A stretch of 64,000 nt of DNA from a virus (Duplodnaviria; Caudoviricetes): IMG/VR virus record IMGVR_UViG_3300029928_000005, positions 1-64,000 of that record; one strand, written 5' to 3'. The position numbers and the translations under genes were made by a program. Below are positions 50,901 through 60,600 of the stretch, piece by piece (positions within the stretch are counted from its first letter, which is position 1; each line of letters begins with the position of its first letter). The notes beneath the pieces were generated by a model. That model saw only the letters and a program-made list of their open reading frames with translations, had not been told where the DNA came from and ran no database searches.

Positions 50901-53900
50901 CAACAATCAGTTATTACTACTAATGAAGGTGAAGTTATTGTTAGTGAAGAATTAGACCCAGATATAAGTCCAGAAGATAAAGCAAATTTAGAAGCTATTA
51001 CTATTCAATCTCAAGGAGATTATGAAGTAGGCAAATCTATTAGAAATGATATTCGTAAAGCTTTATCTAATAAAAATATAGATTGGTTTGCTAGAGATTA
51101 TAATACTATATTTAATGAAATAAAACAACAACTTCTTAATAAATATAATAAAGAAGATGTAGATAGAGAAATGAAAGATTTTGATATGCAACTTTATGAA
51201 TCTATTAGCAATAATGGAATTTCATTTGAAGATGCTGTTCAAAATATTAATTATTTTAGAAAAGCTATAGAAGAAAGTAATAGTAGTCTTATTTTTGAAA
51301 GCGCAGCTGTTGCAAATAATAATAATTTAGCTAATGAACAATTAAGACAATTATATATTAATCTTATAGAAAGATATGTAGAAAAAAATAATATAGTTAC
51401 TAATAGTCAAAGATTATATGTAAATCTTGATGAACTTATTAAATATTTAATTCGTAATGGTATTGTTGATAGAACTACTCTAAGAAATATTTATAATAAT
51501 ATGAGTTTATTTTTTAGAAGTAGATATAATAATGGAGATACTATTTATAAACTTAAATATGTTCCTTTTAGATTAAGTGAAAGAAAACTTGATAAATTAT
51601 TTAATGAAGTTGAAGCTGGAGATAATATAGGTCAAGATATATTTAAACGAGCTATAGACCCTACAGCTGATAAACGTATAAATGTTATTAATAAAGAATT
51701 ATATCTTGAAGCTGGTACTCCTATTTATGCTGTAAGACATAGTAGTGGATTTGGTATAGACTTTTATGTAGAACAAGATGGTAAAATGGTACAAATAGGT
51801 TATAATTCTATAGGTAAAAGAAGTGCTAATGGTAATGGATATAATATAACTGCTCGTGGTATAAATTATAATATTTTAAATGAAAATGGAGTTTATACAT
51901 CTGATTTAGATGATATATTTACTACTTTATTTCCTTATAATGAGAACTATGAAAATATTCCTTTGTCAAAAGATGATGGAAAAGCATTAAATGCTATATT
52001 TGATTTAGGATATGAAATGGTTAATCTTAAAGTTAATAAAAAATTTAAAGATGGTTGGCTTATTAATTATAAAGAACAAATAGAAGATATATTAAAATGT
52101 AAAATTATTAATGATTTTCTAAGTAAACATTTTTCTAATTTTGCTACTAATAAAGAAGGAGCTGTAAGTTCTTTTATTCAACTTATATATCCTATTATTG
52201 AATTTTCTAGAGTAAGTGGTTTAAATTCTGATTTGAATCGTAATGTTGTAATACTTTATAAGGATTTTATTATTAGGCAGATTTCTAATTATGATTTTAC
52301 TAATCAGCTTAATAAACAATTACAAGGTATGCCGAATACTAGTAAAAATCCAGCTGTTGTTACTTTAAATGTTACTCGTTCACAAAGAGGAGACCCAATT
52401 GAAGAAGGAGAACTTAAACCTATTAATGCTGATTCTATTGTAGGCTTTAATTTAGATAAATCTGATAATTCTGAAGGAGAAGTTCATTTAGCTAGAATAA
52501 TTGATAAAGGACAAATTAAATTAGATAATGGTAGAATACATAATATACCTGGATTTAATAGAAATTTAGGTTCTCCATTACTTTTAGCTCTTAGTAATGG
52601 TAGTAATTATCCAGATTATATTCCTATTTATGCTTCTACTATTAACGAATTAAAAGATGATGATTTCGGAAAAGATTTACTTGCTGAAATAAATAATATT
52701 TTTATTAATTTCAAAAATGGAGTTATAGATTTTGATACAGTTTATGATAGACTTAAAGAATTAATCGGTCCTAATAAACTTATTCAAGATATGGCTCTTT
52801 ATAAAACTAAAGATGATAAAATTATTATTAGTTATTATAAAAATGTAGGTACAAATAAAACTGCTGATATTACAATATATAAAAGAGATAATGCTGGAAA
52901 TATAAGTACTGGTATTAGTTTTACTAATTCAGATGGAAATGTTACTAGTGGTAAACAATTATCTGATAAAACTATTAATGATTTTATTAGTAGATTATTT
53001 GGAATAGCTCGTATAGCTTCAAATTATGATTATTTTGAAAATGTTACTATTGATACTCCTTATGTAAAGAAGAATAATAAAGAAATGATAATAACTCTTA
53101 ATAATCATGAATATAAAGCTAGAAATTATCTTGAATTTATTAGTAAATATAAAACTGGTAAAATTCAACTTGATAAGAAAGTTATTAATGGAAAAGAAAC
53201 TAATTTTAATCCATTAACTACTAATCAAGGAGCTAATATTAATATCCAAGTTGATTATAATGAACAATCTGGAAATCAAGTAGATAATAGAGTTCAAGAA
53301 GAAGAAAATAAAAATATTAATGATTTTCTTAATAAAGCTAGACAATCTGGTAATAATATTTCTATTAATAAATTATTACCTAAACGTAATACTAAAAAAC
53401 TATTAGAATTATTTGCTCCTAATTATGTTGGAACATTTTTTAATAGTAATGGAAGTATTAGAACTATAGGTTCTGTTGGTTTATTGCCAACAAATTTTAT
53501 TATTAGAGCTTTCGATGAAAATGGAGATTTTATAGAATATGATGCAAATAATCCTAATAAAGAAGTTGATGCTAGTTATTATGAAAATGGAACTTATGAA
53601 ATAACTACTAAATTACTTACTAGAGTAAATCCTAATGATGAATCTAGTCAAGAAGAATTTATTAGAACTTTATTACATGAACGAGTTCATGGTCTTATAG
53701 CTAGTAAAGCTGGTAAAGTTAATATAGAAGAAATTCGTGATGGTATTAATTATATTATAGATAAACTTTACGAATTTGTTGATAATGGAGATAAATTATC
53801 TCAATACGCTTTAGCTAATAACTTAAATGTTGATATTCTTCGTAATAATCTCAATAAACTTAGAGATTATATTAATAATTTAAAACGTAATGGTAAAAAT

Positions 53901-54533
53901 GATACTGCTGTAGAAGAATTTATTGCTTATACTTTAACAAATAGAAGTTTTATTGATTTACTCAATAATATAGAAGATGAAGTTGTTGAAGGTAAAAAGA
54001 CTCTTTGGGATAAATTTATTGATTTTATTGCTAAACTTTTCTTTGGAAATGATTATAAAATAAATGAAAGAAGTCTTCTTAATAGACAAATTAGATTACT
54101 TTCTAATGGAATTTCAAATAATAAAAAAGTAACTAATGTTAGTACCCCTATACAAGGAGAGCTGAATTTTGATAATGCTCCTTCTACGGGGAATGTTAAT
54201 CGAGATATACAAAATAATCAAGAAGCAACTATAGGTGAACCTTCAGAAGTTAAACCTGAATCTGTTCAAGAACAATATACTGAAACTCCTGAATATACTG
54301 CTAAAGAATATTCTGATTTACAAAGTTTAGCAGATAGTTTATCTGATGATTTTGATTTAACTGAATTTAATGATGAAGATAATTTTAATGATTTAGATAA
54401 TATGGCTTCTGAACTTATATTTGAAGATATTCAAGTAACCAACTTATCGACCGTTGAACAGAGTTTACGACCTGACCAACGAACCGAATTTGGTACTTTA
54501 GCTTCTGCTGGAGCGATTAAATTACATTGCTAA
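47952..54533 (+). CDS. Giant virion protein (RNAP-associated) with TM-like region, coiled coils and C-terminal zincin motif
   Basis: 2193 aa. EATEGLEESWQY and AFWGWIGG region; LLHERVH at 53676 with downstream EEFIAY at 53913. Confidence 0.75.
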   Translation: MSLKDAFNKMNQEPANAAGSNYINPFERYIQNNNLDNTPTYSSEKAIRNVDLSGQNVIHYNPLQYNKYDIPVTPKSNIDELNRQRAINQSFGEQLWRFGVQTVGDQIVLGTLQAFTDMGDALLGNQGGDYSNPLSTAIEEAREAIREANEIYRVNPGESFDLTDSGWWLNGATSIVSSLALMAPGLAVTKGVGLLAKAINATKGVTKLLEGYNTVAKGAKLGALTVNSARSAQIIGQGSEVLGMAAVSRIAENYQEARQTYTNSIDQVMNGLANMSNEERDEFDKNNPEFANKSDREIAELIAGESADDVFWKDMYLIAFDAIQLKALNKVWKGFQGKGPLSKAVRDEERKFAAQISGKTYEPLTGFKGFVDDMKLMINPKIVLTEATEGLEESWQYTTQKRAEENLLNKLNPKQQVRGYLDIITDEESLENAFWGWIGGITFQGLGGATMRGINAYQDKRYKKKHPEDAAGYNLRRQEGVMDSYRTEEIKSRISEIGRYHELRKLVDDGYDVYNYRTDENNNIITDQEGNVVYEPLTDEYQGELIKQDLENDMLVNIALNAYDRGNYNALKETVKDTNFNEQDKSFADRAISKMDETVDMYEKELGMAIANSFSENIARQIALNNVKAKLKIRNHEKLATDFGVHIEDLMRINNYSGDDEKEIRTKLQELELAYYKEQLEEINYQIEDYKRRYNESTTDRISRSTFLKQIRQLNRIKNIIYNKKPELKQLENRRNEIDNQITSLQEELTNAAKQLRNAIDVRDSNLEKTLSDGMTKTQETTDNLNKELIDIDISSKKSYDDIYDELSNINKEIADAKNNELTFTSRALINGGEILNTKNEITQEAEFINNTLRAFRDKELGDADKTINDIISNKDLNLEEIADELNGRQTNLPDEVKTRLKKAIEKYNLYSYNNAPILDKISIKLRQEARKREEAPEAVKNDEPVTEVPVTPIQSEASEETVSSPVEGETQSTSSTSTGSQTQQSVITTNEGEVIVSEELDPDISPEDKANLEAITIQSQGDYEVGKSIRNDIRKALSNKNIDWFARDYNTIFNEIKQQLLNKYNKEDVDREMKDFDMQLYESISNNGISFEDAVQNINYFRKAIEESNSSLIFESAAVANNNNLANEQLRQLYINLIERYVEKNNIVTNSQRLYVNLDELIKYLIRNGIVDRTTLRNIYNNMSLFFRSRYNNGDTIYKLKYVPFRLSERKLDKLFNEVEAGDNIGQDIFKRAIDPTADKRINVINKELYLEAGTPIYAVRHSSGFGIDFYVEQDGKMVQIGYNSIGKRSANGNGYNITARGINYNILNENGVYTSDLDDIFTTLFPYNENYENIPLSKDDGKALNAIFDLGYEMVNLKVNKKFKDGWLINYKEQIEDILKCKIINDFLSKHFSNFATNKEGAVSSFIQLIYPIIEFSRVSGLNSDLNRNVVILYKDFIIRQISNYDFTNQLNKQLQGMPNTSKNPAVVTLNVTRSQRGDPIEEGELKPINADSIVGFNLDKSDNSEGEVHLARIIDKGQIKLDNGRIHNIPGFNRNLGSPLLLALSNGSNYPDYIPIYASTINELKDDDFGKDLLAEINNIFINFKNGVIDFDTVYDRLKELIGPNKLIQDMALYKTKDDKIIISYYKNVGTNKTADITIYKRDNAGNISTGISFTNSDGNVTSGKQLSDKTINDFISRLFGIARIASNYDYFENVTIDTPYVKKNNKEMIITLNNHEYKARNYLEFISKYKTGKIQLDKKVINGKETNFNPLTTNQGANINIQVDYNEQSGNQVDNRVQEEENKNINDFLNKARQSGNNISINKLLPKRNTKKLLELFAPNYVGTFFNSNGSIRTIGSVGLLPTNFIIRAFDENGDFIEYDANNPNKEVDASYYENGTYEITTKLLTRVNPNDESSQEEFIRTLLHERVHGLIASKAGKVNIEEIRDGINYIIDKLYEFVDNGDKLSQYALANNLNVDILRNNLNKLRDYINNLKRNGKNDTAVEEFIAYTLTNRSFIDLLNNIEDEVVEGKKTLWDKFIDFIAKLFFGNDYKINERSLLNRQIRLLSNGISNNKKVTNVSTPIQGELNFDNAPSTGNVNRDIQNNQEATIGEPSEVKPESVQEQYTETPEYTAKEYSDLQSLADSLSDDFDLTEFNDEDNFNDLDNMASELIFEDIQVTNLSTVEQSLRPDQRTEFGTLASAGAIKLHC

Positions 54534-54565
54534 TAGAATAGTTCATAAAATAAAATAAATTCAAT

Positions 54566-54595
54566 GGTGAGCTTGAAAATAGCTCACCTATTTTT
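54566..54595 (+). terminator. Intrinsic terminator-like hairpin before the RNAP gene
   Basis: GGTGAGCT-TGAAAAT-AGCTCACC followed by TATTTTT. Confidence 0.7.
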
Positions 54596-54625
54596 ATTAC
54601 AACAAACAAATAAACAATTAAAGAT

Positions 54626-57600
54626 ATGGCTGATTGTAACTATAACTTTTCAAGTGATAAAAGAATTAATTCTATAATTCAATCCATAGCTGGAAATGAC
54701 ATTCAGTATGGTAATGATTTGCTTAATATAATTAATAGTAAAGGATTTGCTAGTATATTAAGTAAATCAGATGAAGAAGTTAAACAAAGTCTTATTGATT
54801 ATTATAATAAGAAAATATTTAATCCGTCTAAAAGTACTAAACTTAGTAAAAGAAGTGGATTATTTGGTTTTGCTAATATGATAGTAGCTAATGATGCTAA
54901 AGAGTATTTTGCTTCTTATGCAAATAAACTTAATTATGTTATGCTACTTCATAATATGAATACTGCTAATAATGTAGAATTTATTATAGCTAAATTTAGA
55001 AAAGATATTAGCGAAGAACTTATTAAACGTGTTGATGAAAAATATCTTACAGATGATGAATTAACTCAATGGAATGAAGCTAAAAATGCAGATGAAACTG
55101 CTGGTAATAAATCTATAGTAAATAGATTTAAATTTGCTATTGTTTATTTTAATAATCATCGTAATGATTTAAATATTCCTAATGCTGAAAGAAATGCTAA
55201 TTATGCAGATTTAGTTAAAGCATCTAGAACAAATGATTTTTATGTATATGCTAGAAATCATTCTAAAATTAACGATTTATTTAAAGATGTAAATGTTGAA
55301 AGTATTAATCTTGGAGAAGAAAATACTGATGAATTTAGTGATGATTTTGATGCTACTGAAGAATTAAGTGGAACTGCTCAATGGAATTTTGGAGATGATA
55401 TTAAAAATAGTAGTCAATTAATTAGTGCAGTTGTTAAACAAAAAATTAATGGATTACCTAGATTAAGTAGTCCTATTCCTACAGAAGTAGATGGTAAAAA
55501 AATATATTTAGAAGATAGAAGTAATACTATTGGAACAACTCAAACTTTAGATTATAAAGAAGTTTCTGCCGAATTATTTGATATATGTGCTAATACAAAT
55601 GCTGGTACTAATATTGATAATTTTATGATAGAACTTCTCAAACTTGCTACTACTAAAAAAGATTTTTATGGTCTTAGAATATTATATGATGAAGCTGGTG
55701 GTTCACAACCTAATGATTTAGCTTATGCTTTATTTAAAGATTTTTGTAAACCTGTTAAAGATAATGTTGAAATAGATATTGAAACTGACGGTAGCATCAA
55801 ATATAGACAAAGTAATGTAAAGAATAATAGTAAACGTAAGATGTATTATGATTTAATTAACGATATTAAATATACTGCATCTAATAGTAATTTTACTGTT
55901 ATTCCTGAAATGATTAATCATATTAATTCACTATTAGATAAAGCTGTTTTTGTTGGTACTGATAATATAAAACCGAAAGATGTTAGAGAAAAAGAAACTA
56001 CTAATATTATTAATCAAGCTATTTCTGAAGTACAAATACTTTATAAAACAATATTTCCTAGTATTGATATAAAAGCTATTGATAGCTTTGTTAATAAAAA
56101 TATTTTACAAAATGATAGACGTAATGCTATAAAACAACTTGTTAATATAATTTATGATGTAAAAAATATAGATAATAATAAACAATTTTTATATAATATT
56201 ATAGCTTCTGCTTATTCTAATTATCTTAGTCAAAAACAACATAATGCTCAAGTTTATTCTGCTTATAAAAAAGAACTTGATGCTTATAATGAAATAGCTG
56301 GACAAGATGGAGGTATAGCTAAACGTCCTGAAGTTCCTAGTATGATTATTGATGATTCTTATTATAGAAGTAATTCTATGTGGAGAATTATTGATGATAT
56401 TACTAATTTGCTTTCTCCTTATAGTAAAATTAATATAGAACTTAATGGACGTACTATAGATGGTAAAAATCAATCTGATGTTGTTTATAATAATTGGCTT
56501 TATAATGTAATTAATGCTACACATAATAAAGGTACTCTCACTGCTATACTTCAAGATAAAATGAGAAGTGATGAATATAAATATAGTAATCTTCTTGTTT
56601 CTGGAAATAATCATTATGGTTTATTTACTTATAATCCTGCTACTAAACAATATGAAATAAGTAATGTTGGTACACAATTACTTAGAACATTTTATATGAA
56701 TGGTATAAGTAATAGACAAAATGGAACTAATGCTAAATATACTAATATGTCTGATAGCGATTTCTTTTATTTTGGTTATTTAGCATTTATTACTTCGCTT
56801 GATGATTATTATGCTTTAAATACTGGAGATAAAACTAATATTCCTAAAGCTAGTTATTTAATGAGAATTGCTGCTGATAGTCCTAAAAATATGATTCTTG
56901 AAGCTCCTAAATATTCATTAAAACAATTATATGGTATTAATGATAATACTTTAACAGCTTATGTAAATAATGAATTATCTAAACTTAGATTTGGATTTGG
57001 TAATGTTTCTGTTTTTACAGATAAAATGAATAATGGTAAAACTTATAATACTGAAATTGAATTTGCTAAAGCTATATTATCCAGAATTAATTCTAAAGAA
57101 GAATATGAAGCTAATATTAAAGAATGGGTTTCTAGTACTAAACATGGTAGTAAAATTGCCGATAATTATAAAATAGGAGATAAAGTATATTGGTCTATTA
57201 ATTATAAAGCTGGTGGACAAATAACTAAAGCTGTATTTAGTGCTACTATTTCTGATAGAAATATTAAAGGACAAAGTACTACTATTAAAGCTAAAGATTT
57301 TAATTTTGAAGGTTTTCTTATTCCTGGCAATACAGATATGACTAATCCCCCCGTAGGAGATGAAATAGTATCCAAACTTTCTAATGAATTTAAAGAACAA
57401 TATACTCAATCTGTTCTTACTAATAAACAATATGATACTAATAGTTCTATATTTAATCAACTTAGAAATTTAGTTTTTAGTGAAATTCAAATGGCTCTTC
57501 GTTCTAAATATGCTATGTTTGGTGAAAATGGAACTACTCTTTTATTAAATCCTAAACAATTATATAACGATGCTCATATTAAAAATGGTAAATATGAAGA

Positions 57601-60600
57601 AAATGGTAAACTTGTTGGTAATCTTTTTAAATTTAATCGTTTATATGATATTGATTTAGGTAATGGAAAATATTTTAATATTGGTGATTTTGAATATGAA
57701 GGTCGTAAACTAAGTGAGTGGATTAATATATCTTCTACGGGGGGTCTTGCACAATCTAATATTGATTATTCTATTGATGGAAAAAATATTAATTTTAATT
57801 TAGTTGAAAAACAAAAAGAAGCTCTTGACGCTGCTATAACTGAATGGATTAATTTATTTATTGCTAATGAAGTAGAAATTATATATAATGAATTTAATAA
57901 GACTTTTGAAAATCTAGATAAAACTAGACTTACAGAGTATATGCTTAATTATACTCTTATGCTTAATAATATGGATGATTTATTTGAAGGTAATTCTGCT
58001 TTTTATAAAGACGCTCAAACATTTACTAAACGAGCTAAAGAATATGTAGCTGGCGGAACTGCTTATGGTGGACGCGATATGTATAATTTTAGTTCAACTA
58101 ATGAAATTAAAGATAAAATTATTGGAACTGATGGTAAACAATTAAGTTATCAAAAATCTAATGGACAAATAGTTCCTATTGTTACTAGAAAATCTTATAT
58201 AGGAGTTACTATTAAAAATATTGTTAGACCTGTAGATACAGCTGATGATATTTATAAAGAACTTACTAATAAAGAAACTGGTATTAGTAAAGAAAGAGCT
58301 GATGAATTAATTGAAAATTTTAAAGGAGACGTAAAAGTTGATGATGCTCAATCTTATATAACTATTTATGAAGCTATTCGTCGTATTAAGTTATTGGGTG
58401 AGTATCCTAAATATGCTAATCTTATTACTCAATTACTTAATGGTGCTGAACTTACTGATGTAGACCCAAAACTTCTTAATAGTTTTATTCAAGTTGCTAA
58501 AAATTATTATTTTGACCATAAATATGATGATATATTTAATATTCATGTTCCTAGACAAATTAAGAATGCAGAATTTATTCTTATTCCTCAATTTGTTAAA
58601 GGTACACAACTTGAAGTTGTATTACAATTTATGATTGATAATGATATTGACCAATTAAATACTCAAGAAACTAGTAAAGCTGCTAACGCTAATATTATTA
58701 ATATTTGGGATGAAAATTATAATCTTAAAGATTTAAAAGGAAAAGAAGTTCTTGATGAACTTAATAGTCCTGGAGTTAAATCTCAATATAGTTATAATTT
58801 TCTTTATAGACAACAAGAAGTTCCTCAGCACATGAAAGATGCTAAAAATAAAGCTGGTATTCAAATTATGAAAAAGATTCTTGATAATCTTAATGAAGCT
58901 GGAAATAAACTTAAAGGTGCTTCTGAAAAATTTGTAAATAATTATATAGCTAATATAGAAGAAGATTTTGAAAATCTTTGTAATGAACTTGATATTAAAT
59001 TTGATGAGAATTATAATCTTATAAGTAGAAGTGGTAATCCTATTAATTTTGCTAAATTTAATCAATTAGGTCTTGAACAAATGCAAAGACTTGGTGTTGA
59101 TAGTAATACTTTTGATTATTTTACTAGTGTGGTAGCTAATGATGATGCAACTGTAAATACTGTTATGCCAGAATTTATGAATATTATTGGCAATAAACTT
59201 GAAAATATTTGTATGGCTATATTTACTAATAATATTGCTAGACAAACTCTTCCAGGTTGGCACGCTGCCCAAGTTACTAGTCCTGGATTTAAAAAACTTA
59301 AAGTTAATACTAAAGAAGATGGGACTCAAGATGAACAAATAGTTAAATGGGCTAAAGATTTAAAATATCATTCTAATGGAGAAAATGTTATACAAGTAAT
59401 GCTTCCTCGTTGGGCAGCTAATCTTTATGGTATTTCCGATGAAGCTATTATTAATAGTGAAATATCGACTATGATTGGCTATCGTATTCCTACAGAAGGT
59501 AAACAATCTGTTGGTATTTTAAAAGTTGTTGGTATTTTACCTGACGCTTATGGTTCAACTATCATTGTTCCTGATGGATGGATTGCACAAACTGGTTCAG
59601 ATTTTGACGTTGATAGTATTTATGGTATAGTTTATGAGCATTATATTAATAAGAAAAATAAATCTATTGTTAAAATAAAACGTAATGAAAATACAGATGA
59701 AGATAATACTTGGCTTAGATATACTAATTATGTAATTAGGAACGCTGAATCTAAACTTAAAAGAGAAAAACAATTAGCTTTTAATGATGAACAAAGAGCT
59801 GATATTAATTCTCGTATTTCTGCAATGTATGATGCTACATATAAAAAGAATAGTGATGAATATAATAATTTATTAGCTACTAATGCTGAACAAGAAAGTA
59901 AAAGATATAAAGAACTTCCTGATAAAATTAGAGAAATTGTAAATAGTATTCTTCAAAAGAAAACTATTCTTTATAATGAAAGACTTAAACTTTTAATAGA
60001 AACTCTTACTAAAATAAATAAAAGTAATAATCGTATTCTTAATGAATTTATTGACATAAACCAACAACGTCTTCAAATAATGAAAGATAGTAAATTTGGT
60101 CTTGAATATGCTTTCTCTAATATTAATTCTAAAGAACTATTTAATCTTTTAAGAAAAGAAGATTATCATAAAAAGATTAAAGAAATAGCTGAAATTGCTG
60201 GTCTTAAAACATTTAATGAATTTAAAAAACTTAATATTGATAGACAACAAAGTAGAGCTGCTAGAAATAATGCTATTCTTGAAGCTGCTATAGAAATTCT
60301 TCAGCATCCTAAAAATCTTGAAGAAATGATGGGCACTAGTCATTTTGAAGATATAAAAACTGCAAAAAGAATTATTGATGATTATGTAGGAGAAACTAAA
60401 GTACATAGAAGTGTATATAGTCTTAAAGACCAAATATTTTTTAGACGTAATAGTATGGGAGGTGCTATTCTTAAAGCCTTTAGTGTTAATAGAGATACAA
60501 TTAATAGTATTAATAATGTTGTTAAAACTGAACTAGCTCAACCTATATTGGTTCGATATGCTTCTCCTACGGGGGGTCTGACAGTTAATACGTCAAAAAT

